Source: Felis catus (Eukaryota). From it: a DNA stretch of 64,000 nucleotides. The stretch lies in NCBI RefSeq assembly GCF_018350175.1, contig NC_058368.1, positions 165,046,001 to 165,110,000 of the forward strand. Direction: 5' to 3'. The position numbers were made by a program, and so were the translations under genes. Of the stretch, positions 37,671 through 49,998 are shown piece by piece; position 1 is the stretch's first letter; every line of letters starts with the position of its first letter. The notes beneath the pieces are model-generated. The model made no database searches and was not told the DNA's origin. It worked only from the letters and a program-made list of their open reading frames with translations.

Positions 37671-38770
37671 AACTAAAAGGGCTATTGATGAATTTCTGAT
37701 TTGAAAGTAAAGATTTTGAAAGTTATTTCTTTTTTGCCTACATAATTAAAATTATCTTCTTCGCATGCCCTATATTGTCTGCTGAATGTTCTGTCATTCA
37801 TTTCATTTGCTTGTTTTTATTGGCTACTGCTAATAGAAGGCTATTTACATTCTAGAAGATGGCTATGCCCCATTTCTAGGTAGCAGGTGGCAAGCAGCCA
37901 ACTGTGACAGATTTTGACAGTTGTAATCTGGAAGCTCCACACTGGTCCTATGTTTATAATGGCTAATAAATGACTGTTGCAATCCATCTTGTAAAGACTA
38001 GTGTAGGTGATACTTGTTACATGAAGAGAGTTTCAGAATCTGAGTTGTATCTAGAAGTGATTCCTAAAAACAGTCATATACTGTGATCCTGGAACTTATT
38101 CCTCTGTGGTTTCACTCCCTCTTACCCTATGTGCATGAGTGGGAGAGACTTTTTTGAAGCTTTGAGAGAGTGGCTATACATTAGGTGTCCTTTCTCATTT
38201 TTGGCTGTCAGTTTATTTTGTCTAGACAGTGGGCCAAATTCTTTTGTAAATTAGAGGAAACTCTTTGGATTAAAATATTCTAGTGAATCAATTACTATTC
38301 ATACCCTATTTTTATGCCCCAGAACTTTAACATTAGTTTTGATCTCTATAACTACTTTTGTGTACTTCCACACTTCATATTATTTATCTTCCTTTTCATT
38401 TAATATGAAAAAGAATATTCACAATTACTTACCATAGCAACCACTGTAGAAGTAGATTCAGATGCCAAGACTGGCACAGAGTTCACAGTTGATATAATCA
38501 TGCCATGCAGTTTGCAACATGATCCTATGTAGTTATTTTAAGGCTTTTGTGTTCTGATGAGTTCATTGAATGTAATATACCAGGAATGGAATTTTCCTAA
38601 GTCAGCACACATGAATACATCATCGTCATCATCATCATCAACAATAACAACGGAAAACTATCTTGAGTGCTCCCAATGGGCCTCAATGCTACACTTCATG
38701 GAATATTTGATTCCATATTAAATATGAACTATTGATTGCATATTGATGTAAAATGCTATTGATGCTCCCA

Positions 38771-38771
<1 letters not shown>

Positions 38772-38809
<38 letters not shown>
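38772..38809. repeat. (CA)n microsatellite
   Basis: Read directly. Confidence 0.97.
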
Positions 38810-38810
<1 letters not shown>

Positions 38811-40089
38811 CTAGTCTCAAAATTATAAGTGATTAGATCATTTTAGATGGAACATGATTAAAATGTTTATTATCAACTCAATCAGCGATCATATATCATA
38901 TTATCCTTATACATAGCTGTAGCCACCTCTGCCCTGACAAGTGAGAGCCCATGCTTTTGGACTTATGCATAGCCACTGTCTTTGCCTTAGAGCAACTTTG
39001 TTCATGCACCCATTTTGCCAACACTGAGGTGGCCAATGACAGAGAGTTTATTTTATGATATCAACTGTTGGAATCTTTTGTCTACTCTGCTATTTACTGT
39101 CTCTTCTGTGGTGGATGCTCTCTGATGGTTAACTTGGGATAAAAATATTTCCACTATAAGAGCTCATTTTCATATGTCAATCTACATGTCTCTACCTCAG
39201 AGTTTCTTTTCTCTTATCATATATTTCTCCTTCCAGGCACCTAAGCAGGTAGCCAGCCATTTACTACTTGAGTATGTGTGTATTTAACTTCAGGCCACTA
39301 TCCCCTCCACATCAAGTGGATTCCTGGGTGCAACACCTAAAGCTCTATTCAGTGAGAGAATTTCCCACCAACCACTTTCTTTCAGAGGCCTCCATTGGTG
39401 GGTCTGTATTGTGGCCACTGTCTGTTGTGGCTTCCACCCATTAACCTCATCCATCAGTGAGTTTTGACTCACTTAGACCATGGCCTCCCTATCAACTGGT
39501 CAGAAGGGACAGATCTCTTATATTCATAGGCATGAATTGAATAGCCAGGCACCTAGGTAACAGTGTGAGATGACATAGGAGTCTAGGATATCTGTTCATG
39601 AAGATTGTTTATGTCCTCTGGCTCGTGCTTGATTCCTGATGCATTTTCTAACTTATGGTTGCTTGCTGCTGAGCTTGTCTAACTTTATGACCATGAATGT
39701 GTAAATCTGTTAGAAATCAGCTCATAACTGGCAATTCTGTCTGCATGCTTACTTGGTATACTATGGTAAGTAATTCTATCTTTACCAGGGCTTTGCAGCC
39801 TGCCAGTAGCTGTTTTTCTCAAATGTTTATAATTATTTACTATGGACAATGTGAATTTTTTCAGAACTTCAAGGACATGCATTATTTCATTGGGGATTGC
39901 CAGAAAAATTTCTTGGTGTCTTTTCCAACTTTGAAAACTTTGAAAGCATAGGGTTTGCTGGATCATATGACTCAAGCTGCTGGACTACTTGCACTGCAGT
40001 TTGGACCTGTGATAAAGCAGTTTTCTCTCTAAGCCTCAAACCTGGAAATCTTTTGTGTCATCTAGTTTATGGTTTAAAATAGTATTCTA

Positions 40090-40306
40090 GGGGCACCTGG
40101 GTGGCTCAGTCGGGCAAGCGGCTGACTTTGGCTTAGGTCATGATCTTGCAGTCCGTGAGTTCAAGCCCCGCGTTGGGCTCTGTGCTGACAGCTCAGAGCC
40201 TGGAGCCTGCTTCTGTTTCTGTGTCTCCCTCTCTCTCTGCCCCTCCCCCATTCGCACTCTGTCTCTCTCTGCCTTTCAAAAATGAATAAATGTAAAAACA
40301 AAAAAT
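40090..40306 (+). mobile_element. CAN-SINE inserted in the ERV-L
   Basis: Full body. Confidence 0.95.
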
Positions 40307-41154
40307 TTTAAATAGTTTTCTCAGGTAGGATCCAAAGAGTTCTAACAGATATTATGCATCGTTATTTGTGATGAGAGGGTTAAAGTGAACAATTTATCTT
40401 TTATTTTGGGAGGGTAAACTGGCATACCCACTCTCGTAGACCCCTGCATAATCTATTGATGTAACAGATACCTGAAACTTTCTAAGATACCTCTCGCTCC
40501 TGGGAATTATATGTTTAATGAAGTACTCAAAAATATTAGTCACTTCTTGCTTATCCTGTGAAATTGGTGTAGTCATGAATATAATGGCTTAGTGTGATAT
40601 TCTGCAGGATGCCAAGCTGATTCAAATCTCTTTAGAATATGTATTTGCAAAGAGTGAGGGAGCCCAGTGGCAAGACTGTAAATACATGATATGTTCCATT
40701 CCAAATGCATGTGAAATGTTTTTGATCATCCTTTCTGATAAAGTTGGAAATAATGCATTTTCCAGATCAGTAGCTGCATACCATGGATGTGAAGTCATAT
40801 CAATTCTGCTCTAGCAATGATACCAAAAGGAGAACAGCTGCAATCCATGTTATGATTTTGTTGATTTTTCCATAGACCATCTCCATTCTCCAGATTTATT
40901 TGTTTTTTGCAAGTGACACCTACATAAACTAAATGGCAGGGATCACTATCCTTATATCCTTTAGATCTTTATGGGTAGCACTAAATTCATTGTCCCCCAA
41001 TTTTATATTGCTTTTTATTTTCTATTTTGGGCATACAGAGGGAATTATCATTTCAGAGTCTTCCAACTGGCTTTCCCTATAATGAAAGTTCTTAACCGTA
41101 ACCCCACATCTATCTCTCTCTCTCAATCTCTCTCTGTCTCTCTAATATATATTA

Positions 41155-41239
41155 ATGTTTGTATATGTGTATGTAGGTATATGTATGTTTGTGAATGTAT
41201 ATGTGTGTATGTGTGTGTATGTGTGTGTGTGTGTGTGTG
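41155..41239. repeat. (TG)n/(TA)-rich microsatellite
   Basis: Read directly. Confidence 0.9.
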
Positions 41240-41659
41240 CAATCCATTTATACATTTGGAAAAGTGTATAAATTAAATATTTGTACATTTTGTGACTTGG
41301 AAAATGCCCACTCTGTATGCCCAGAAATCTAATATGAGCCAGACCTGAGCCACAACCCCAATTATTACCTACTACCTATACTATTACTCTTTAATAGGCG
41401 ATCTGTGATGATGGTTCAGGTCTCTTGGTATCAATATCAACTAGAAACCCATATCAAACAGTCCTGAAAATATGTGGGTTCCTTTTTCCCAAATGTTATT
41501 AGAGTAAATAAACAGTCCCACTGGGGTAGACTGGGAGAATCAGTCAAACTATGTATAATTGCCATTGTGTTTGAGGGCTCTTCAGTCAATGATTTCTAGG
41601 CTTGTAAACTGTCTTAAATTCAGAATCTCAACAAGGTATTATGTGACCATTATTTTTTT

Positions 41660-43020
41660 TTTCTTTTAGAGAAATTTTTTTTATAATTCATAGGAATTTT
41701 CAAAAGTAATATGGGGAGGTCCTGTATACACTTATCCCAGTTTTTTTTCCATCTTACATAATTATAGTACAATATCTAAACCAGGACTCTTGGGGGAACA
41801 TTGTGTTTTTATAGTTCTGTGTCATTTTGTCACATGTAGATTTGTGGAAGTGCAACAACGATCAAGACAAAGAACCATTCTCCATCACCCAAAGATCTCC
41901 CTCATACTACCCACTTACAGTTATACCTTCCCTTTTCCTCAACATTCCAACCTTTGAAATGCACTGATCTCTTTCCTATCTTTAAATAATTCTGTATAAG
42001 TGGAATCATACAGAGTTTAAGACTGGATTTTTCACTCAGCATGATGTCTTTGAGTTCTATGTAAATTATTGTGTACATCAGTAAGTCATTCTTTTTCCAT
42101 GATATGCATGGAAAACAGGTTAGCATTCACCTACTGGAGGACATTTTAGTTGTTTCCTGTTTGGGGGCTTTTACAAATAACGCTGCTATAAGTAATTGTG
42201 GACAAGTTGTTGTGTGCACATATTTTTCATTTCTCTGGGATAAATGCCCAAAAGTAAAATGCAGGATAATATGGCAAATGTATGTTTCTTTGCTTATAAA
42301 ACTACCAGTAATATTTCCCCCAATAATGTATGAGAGATGTATGAGAAATTGGATTTTTCATATCCTCATCTGCATTCAGTATTATCACATTTCTTTCCAC
42401 CTTTCTCTCCTTATCTTTCTCTCTGCTGTTACAATTAGTGTGTAGTGATTTCTTATTGTAATCTTAATTTGTAGGTCCCTCATAGCTAGTGATGTTGAAG
42501 ATCTTTTCATGTGCTTATATGCCTTCTTATGCTTTCTTTGGTTTTGTTTAACTATTAAACTTTGAGATTTATATATTCTAGATAGAAGTGTTTTGTCAGA
42601 TATATAATTTATCAGTAATTTCTCTGAGATTACAGCATGTTTTATCCTCTTACAGAGTCTTTTGCAGATGAAAAGTTTTTTTTTTATTTTGATGAATACA
42701 AATTTCTTTTTTTCCTCTCTTTTATGGATTATGTTTTTGGTGCCTAGTTTAAGACTCTTTCCTTGCTCTAGAGCTGGAGATTTTAAATTTACAGTTTTAC
42801 ATTTTACATTTAGTCAGTATTACATTTTAATTTTTTAATGTAAAATTTTAGTGGAGGTGTATTGTTTCCCTACAGATAACTAATTATTGCAATGATATTT
42901 GTTGAAGAGGTTATCTTTACTCCATTGAACTATGTTTGCATATGTATCATGAATGAGTTGACCATATGTCTTGTGGGGCCACTTCTAAGTTTTCTTTTCT
43001 ATTCCATAGATCTAGATATC
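41660..43020 (-). mobile_element. L1MC/MD-like 3' UTR and ORF2 end
   Basis: Poly-T tail at the left; gtggaatcatacag, ttttcactcagcatgatg, cttttcatgtgcttat. Confidence 0.85.
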
Positions 43021-43258
43021 TAACTTTAGATAGTTGTTAAACTTTTTCAAAACAAAACAATGACTAAGGTTTGCAATGATCTCAATAGTGTATATTCAAG
43101 AAATACTACTAAACCTTGTTAAAAATGGAGGCTTTTTGACCTTTTCACTTACCATACTCTTAATATGTGTATTCTAGTCTTTCCAAACTCCATGATAGTT
43201 TTGAAAGCCAGCAACATGCAATCAATGAAGAGGATTGAAATTCCTCAAAAAGGCCTAT

Positions 43259-43475
43259 CTTTTTTAAAAATTTTTAATGTTTATTTATTTTTGAGAGAGA
43301 CAGAGACAATGCGAGTGGGTTGAGGCAGAGAGAGAGGGAAGCACAGAATCTGAAGCAGGCTCCAGGCTCCGAGATGTCAGCACAGAGCCTGACGCGAGGC
43401 TCGAACTCACCGGCTGTGAGATCATGACCTGAGCTGAAGTTGGACACTCAACCAACTGAGCCACCCAGGCGCCCC
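43259..43475 (-). mobile_element. CAN-SINE
   Basis: Full body; TSD aaggcctatc. Confidence 0.95.
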
Positions 43476-44268
43476 AACAAGGCCTATCCTTATAGCATTA
43501 CACTCTCTCACATTTAAACTCTGTTTTATCTCACTATAAAATCCCCTTTCAGAATATTGTTACTATTTGAACTGGCAGCATTTGTTCTGCAAGAAAAATC
43601 CCTGTCTCTAGGGTATTTGTAACAAAGAATTTGGGACATTGCAAATTTAACATTGCAACTGCCTGAAGCTGCTATACAATTGGGACACACAAGTGCCTTG
43701 ACAAAACTTAAAATGAAGATCTGGGTAATGAGGTGTACATAGGGAGCTTAGAATTGCTCTGAAATATTTATGGGAATTTTGAAAAATGAATACAAGTACA
43801 TGATTGTACACCTGTCCAGAAAAAGTGATTGAGAGAGACTCAATCATTCACCACTTCCTCACTTTGAGGCAGATTTTTAATCTTCTTAAGCATTGAAGTT
43901 ATCCCCAGTAAACACACAGGGCTCCTCAGCAAAGAATACAAGTCCTATTGGTCATTTAAGGAAGTCTCGTGATTAATCATTGGCTGAAAATAAGATATTT
44001 AAGCAGAAGTTTCACTGGCCACATACGAGAGGAAATCTACTTTATAGCATCAGTCCAGAAACGTCACTAAATAATCAAATAGCTATAACAAGAAAAAAAA
44101 AAAACAATAACAAGAAAAACAATAAAATCTGGTCAAAGGGAGAGGGAGTATATGATATCCACAGTTGCCACATAATGTTATCTAAAATTTCCAAGTTTTA
44201 ACAAGAAATTATAAAACACACACAGAAACAGTTAAGTATGGAACATACACATAAAATAAAACCAGTCA

Positions 44269-44478
44269 GGGAGCCTGGGTGTCTCAGTCGGTTAAGCATC
44301 CAATTTGGCTTAGGTCATGATTTCATGAGTTTAAGCCCCACGTCAGCCTCTGTGCGGAAAACTCAGAGCCTAGAGCCTCCTTCAGATTCTTTGTCTCCCT
44401 TTCTCTCTGCAGTCACCCACTCGCACTCTGTGTCTCTCTCTGAAAAAATGAATAAACATTGAAAAAATTCAAAATTAA
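44269..44478 (+). mobile_element. CAN-SINE
   Basis: Full body; TSD aaataaaaccagtca. Confidence 0.95.
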
Positions 44479-44762
44479 GAAATAAAACCAGTCAATAGAA
44501 ATTGTCTCATAGTGGGGGCATAGAGGCCATAAAAGAGCTAATATAAATATGTTCAAGTAACTAAAGGATAACACACAAAGAATTAAGGTATGGCAATAAT
44601 CTATCATGAAATAGATATATAGATATATTTATATATAATATAAAGATATATTAATTATATTAAAAAACTAAATATAAATTCTGGAGTTGAAAAATACAGT
44701 AACCAAAAGTTCATTAGAGTGGCAATCACTAGAGCAGATCCAAACTGTAAGATAAAAGAATC

Positions 44763-44980
44763 GGGGCACCTGGGTGGCTCAGTCGGTTGAGCGTCCGACT
44801 TCGGCTCAGGTGATGATCTCACGGTCTTTGAGTTTGAGCCCCGTGTCGGGCTCTGTGCTGACAGCTCAGAGCCTGCAGCTGGCCTCAGATTCTGTGTGTG
44901 TCTCTCTCTCTGCCCCTCCCCTGCTCATGCTCTGTCTCTCTCTGTCTCAAAAATAAATAAAAACATTAAAAAAATTTTTA
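44763..44980 (+). mobile_element. CAN-SINE
   Basis: Full body; near-identical TSD aagataaa(a/g)gaatc. Confidence 0.95.
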
Positions 44981-45122
44981 AAAAGATAAAGGAATCAACA
45001 ACCTTGAATATAGATCAACTGAGATTATTCAGTTTAAAGATCAGAATTAAGAAATATAAAGAAAAAAGTACAGAAAAGAAAAAAAATGGAACTGGGAAAA
45101 TGTTTGAAGAAATAATGGATGA

Positions 45123-45348
45123 GGGGCGCCTGGGTGGCGCAGTCGGTTAAGCGTCCGACTTCAGCCAGGTCACGATCTCGCGGTCCGTGAGTTCGAGCCC
45201 CACGTCGGGCTCTGGGCTGATGGCTCAGAGCCTGGAGCCTGTTTCCGATTCTGTGTCTCCCTCTCTCTCTGCCCCTCCCCCGTTCGTGCTCTGTCTCTCT
45301 CTGTCCCAAAAATAAATAAACGTTGAAAAAAAAAATTAAAAAAAAAAA
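45123..45348 (+). mobile_element. Young SINEC_Fc-type CAN-SINE
   Basis: CpG-intact body, long A tail, perfect 16-bp TSD aagaaataatggatga at 45107 and 45349. Confidence 0.97.
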
Positions 45349-45446
45349 AAGAAATAATGGATGAAATGTCCCAAATCTGATGAAAAGATTAATCTGTATA
45401 GATGTTCAACCAACTTCAAGAAGGATAAACTCAAAGAAATCTACAA

Positions 45447-47138
45447 TGACTTCCAGTTTCAATTCCTCACTTAGAGAGTTTAGAAGTCACTACTCCATCC
45501 TAATAACAAGTAAAAAACTAAATGGACTGAAAAATTAGCTCATCTTAGATCTATAAGAGAGAGGAGGACACTGACCCAAGATTGAGGAGACAGGGTACTT
45601 TGGTTTACTGAAGCAGAGACTAAGCAGCAGAAACCAACAGAGGAACCATAGCCAAGGTAGGAAAACCTGGACTGCTCTTCATAACATTCTGGAGGATCAA
45701 TGTGTAGAAATCTGAGTTAAAAGATCCTGAGGGACCCCCACAATGTTGTGAGATTTACTTTCAGAAATTTGATGATTCCCATAGTAAAAATGGAAGAAAA
45801 ATCCCTTCCTGCTTCCAGCAGCAGGAGGGGGAAAGGAATCATTTTGATATATTCCAGTATATTCTTCTTAACAAGGCCTGCCCTCAGGGGAAACAGTTAA
45901 TCAGAGTCTAACATGTTGGAGGTATTATCAGAGCCAAAATGACCAGGGGAAAGAAAATACCCAAATCCAGCCCACTCTAGCCATCCTGTACCACTTAAGG
46001 AGGGAAGAAAAAACTAAGAAACACTTGGGAAGTTCACAGTCCAGAGGCATAAATTCACTAAAAGACTGAGATCTAATCATAGGACCACAGAGCACTTCCC
46101 CTCCCCTTACACCTCACCACCGCCTTACTAAAGGCTTATTACAACAGTTCCTTATACCCAGTACAGCTGTACCCATGATAGCAAGCAACAAAAAAGTCTA
46201 AGGCATACCAAAAGGAAAAAACCCAGAACTTGAACAGACAAGGTAAGCATCAGAACCAGACATGGCAATGATGTTGGAATTATCAGACCAGGAATTTAAA
46301 AACAAGGATAATCAACATGTTGAGGACTCTTTTGAATTAAGTAGAATACAAGAAGAGAGTGCTGTTAATTCTGGAGAATTCCTTGTATGTGATTTTTCTC
46401 TTGTTGCTCTCCATATGCTCTCTTTGCCTTGGTTTATGCTTACATTGAAGATGGCAGAAAGATGGAAATCCAAAGAAATCACCAGAAAAGGATTCTAGAG
46501 ATAAAATCATTGTAACAGAAATTTAAAATGCCTTTGATGGGCTTCTAAGTAGACTGAACTTAGCTGAGAAAAGAATCTCTGAGGTAGAAAATATGTCAGT
46601 AAAATCTTCAAAAACCTAAGAGTGAAGAAAAAGAGCCAGAGCAAGATCCATTATGCCCAGAGAACATCAAGATGGAGAAATGCCCAAACAACTATACATA
46701 GATATGTTATCTTCAGACTACAGAAAATCAAAGATTTTTATTACCAAGTGAAAGAAGCCAATCTGAAAAGACTACATGCTGTGTGATTCCAGCTATATGA
46801 CATTCTAGAATAGACAAAACTATGGAGACAATAAAAAGATCAGCGGTTTCCAGGGCTGGTGGTAGGGAGAGATTAACGGGCAGAACACAGAAAATTTCTA
46901 AGGGAATGAAAATAGTCTCTATGATATTAAATGGTATATGTCATTATCCATTTGTCCAAACCCATAGAATATACACCAAACTTGAAGAGTGACTCCTATG
47001 GTAAACTAAGGACTTTGGGTGATTATGATATTTCAGTGTCAGGGGTATTTGGGAAATCTTTGTATCTTCCTCTCAATTTTGCTCTGAACCTGAAACTGCT
47101 CTGAGGAAAACAAAGAATAAAATATTAAAAAAAAAAAA
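45447..47138 (+). mobile_element. Nested, internally deleted L1 (5' UTR/ORF1 joined to an L1MC1-like 3' end)
   Basis: 3' end aagtgaaagaagccaatctgaaaag...ctgaaactgctct plus A tail; decayed TSD aaagaaatctaca / aaagagatccaca. Confidence 0.75.
46352..46443 (-). repeat. Inverted copy of 47149-47241
   Basis: Hand alignment: 78 of the first 80 nt identical, with a 50-bp perfect core. Confidence 0.95.
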
Positions 47139-47304
47139 GAGATCCACAGTAATCATAAACCAAGGCAAAGAGAGCATCTGGAGAGCAACAAGAGAAAAAT
47201 CACATACAAGGAATTCTCCAGAATTAACCACACTTTTCTTCAGATGCCATGGCAGCCAGAAGGCAGTGACATGACATATTCAAAGTGCCCAAAGAAAAAG
47301 ACTG

Positions 47305-48200
47305 GGGAGGACAAGGGAACTCCCTACCCTTTACCCATACTATGCCCTATGTGTCTCTTCCATCTGGCTGTTTCTGAGCTATATCTTTTTATAATTAAAC
47401 CAGAAATGTAGTAAGTAAAATATTTCTCTGAATACTGTGAGCTGCTCTAGAAAATTAATTGAACACAAGAAGGGGGTTGTTGGAACCTCTGATTTATAGT
47501 CAGTCAGAAATAAGGATAATAACCTGGACTTGCAGTTGACATCTGAATTGGGAGGTGTGTTGGAAGTTTTGCAGAATTGAACCCATAATCTGTGGTATCT
47601 GATGCTATCTCTGGGTAGATAGTATTAGAATTGAGTTGAATTGTGTGTATGACACTCAACTGGCTTTTGGAGTATTGTTTGTTGGTGTGGGGAACCCAAC
47701 CACCACCACTTTGAGAATTGGGTCTCAGAATACCTTTTTAGTTGGTGTCAGGGAAGTGGTATTTGCTAGATCAGCCTGGCTCAGGGAAACATATAGTTTG
47801 GGAAGAGAAAGGATGAAATGGCAGAGAATGAGAATTTGGGGAGAGTGACATGCTCAGAGGAACACAGAAGCTTTGTGCCCTTTTACCTTGCTCTATGCAT
47901 CTCTTCCATCTGGCTGTTCCTGAGTTATATCCTTTTATAATAAACCAATGACCTAGTAATTAAATTGTTTCTCTGAGTCCAACTCAAGAAGGGGCTCCCT
48001 GGAACCTCCCATCTATAGCCACTTGATCAAAGCATAGATGATAAACTGGCATCTGAAGTGGAGAGTGGGCAGGCTTTAGGACTCAACTCTTAACCTGTGG
48101 AATCTGATGCTGTCTCCAGGTGAATAGTGTCAGAATTGAGTTGCTTCTTGGTATGGTGAACCCCTCCCCCCCAACTTTGGAATTGGTTCCACAATATCAA
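47305..48200 (+). mobile_element. MER21-like element: two partial LTRs around a ~110-bp internal stub with a tRNA-Leu-like PBS
   Basis: tctcttccatctggctgtt at 47354 and 47900 with colinear downstream sequence; tggtgtcagggaagtggtat at 47743. Confidence 0.75.
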
Positions 48201-49804
48201 ATTGGGTTCAGTTCTTTTAGAAATAATAAAGAACAGAGCAGAAATTAATGAAATAGGGAATAATAAAGCAATAGAGAAAATTAACAAAAGCAAAAATTGG
48301 TTCTTTAATATAATTGATTAGTGGACAAACCTTTAGCTACACTACCCAATAAAAAACAAAAAAAGAAAAGAATAATCAAATTACTCAAATCAGGAATGTA
48401 AGAGGAGACATTAGTTTCAAGCTCATATTAAGATAAAAAGACTATATATCAATAGTAAGAACAATGAATTAAATAACTTAGATGAAATTGATAAATTTCC
48501 AGAAACAAACTGTACCTGTTTTGAGAAGATATAGAAAATCTGAATAGATCTATATCAAGTAGAAAGATTGAATTAGTAATCAAAAACCTTTCCACAAAGA
48601 GTCCAAGTCCAAATAAGTTCAGTGTTAAATTCCATTTGCTGTTTGCATGATAATACCAATCTTTCAGAAACTCTTCCAAAAAATAGAAGATGAAGAAACA
48701 CATCTTAAATCATTCTACTAGGCAAATATTATCCTGCTATAAAAGCCAAAGACATTACAAGGAAAGAAAACTTCAGACCAATATCACTTTGTAATATAGG
48801 TGCGAACTATTTTAAATCATACCAAAAGATCAAGTCTAGAAATACATAATAAATATACACCATAAACAAGAAGAATCTATCCCAGGCATGCAAGCTTTGC
48901 ATCTATAAATCAATCAGTATGATAGACCATATTAACAAAATAAAGGAGAAAAAAATTCATGATCATGTCTTTAGACGGAGAAAAAGCATTTGGAGAACAA
49001 CAGCATCCATTTATGATAAAAAGAAAAAATAACAGACTAGGAATATAAGGGAACTTCCTCAAACTGAAAAATATCCTCTGTTAAAAACCTATAGTGAGTA
49101 TCCTACTTAATTGGAAAACTTTCAGCTGCCTGTTTGTATTTTTGTTTGTTTTTTGAAATTAAAAAAATTATCCTAAAATGTACATAAAATGGTAGGGGCC
49201 CAGAATAGCTAAAACCTAGTCCTGAAGACAAAGGAACCATTTGGTCAGCTAACACTTCTCAATTTCAAAACTTACTACAAAGAGAGAGTAATGAAGACTT
49301 TGTAGTACTGGCATAAGGATAGACAGTAGTTCAAATGGATAGAATTGACAGACCACAAAGAAACTTCCACATTTGAGGCTAGTTGATTGTGACATGGGTT
49401 TCAAGACAACTCAGTGGGATGTAATAATTTCTTCAACAAATGATGCTGGGACAACAGGATACCCACATGAGAGAATAAATGAAATGGATTTCTTCCTTAC
49501 ACCATACACAAAGATTAACCCAAAATAGATTATAGGTACAAATGTAAGAACTAAATCTCTAAAATTCTTAGAAGAAAACATATGAGTAACTTTGTGACCT
49601 TGCATTGGGCAGTGGTTTTGGATATGACACCCAATGTAGATATGACAGAGGAAAAAATTAAATTGAACTTTATCAAAGTTAAAAACTTCTGTGCTTCTAA
49701 CCATACCATCAAGAAAGTGAAAATCAGTCTACAGTACCAGAGAAAGGTTTTGCAAATCTTACAGCTAATAAGGCACTTTTATCCATAATATGTAAAGAAT
49801 TCTT

Positions 49805-49998
49805 GGGGCTTCTGAGTAGCTGTTGGTTAAGCATCCAACTCTTGATTTTGGCTCAGATCATGATCTCATGATTCCTGGGATCAAGCCCTGTGTTGGGTTC
49901 TGTGCTGACAGCTGGAGCCTGCTTGGGATTCTCTCTCTTCCTGTCTCTCTGCCTCTTCTCCCTTACTCTCTCTCTTTCTCAAAATAAATTAAAAAAAT
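49805..49998 (+). mobile_element. CAN-SINE
   Basis: Full body. Confidence 0.92.

Larger units (their letters stand above)
38900..41640 (-). mobile_element. Decayed ERV-L class internal region (protease, RT, RNase H)
   Basis: Minus-strand translations: FSGLFDMGF*LILIPRD...VIIGVVAQV (~41340-41470; ERV-L FRGLLDTGSELTLIPGD...VINGVLAQV), WYAATDLENA (~40755-40785; RT WYAAIDLANA) and LKESG (~39370; RNase H LKDSGEGKSSQWAEL); many stops. Confidence 0.85.

Noticed and set aside
45123..45210. tRNA genes at SINE 5' ends
   Set aside because: The A/B-box heads belong to tRNA-derived CAN-SINEs with CT tract, A tail and TSD
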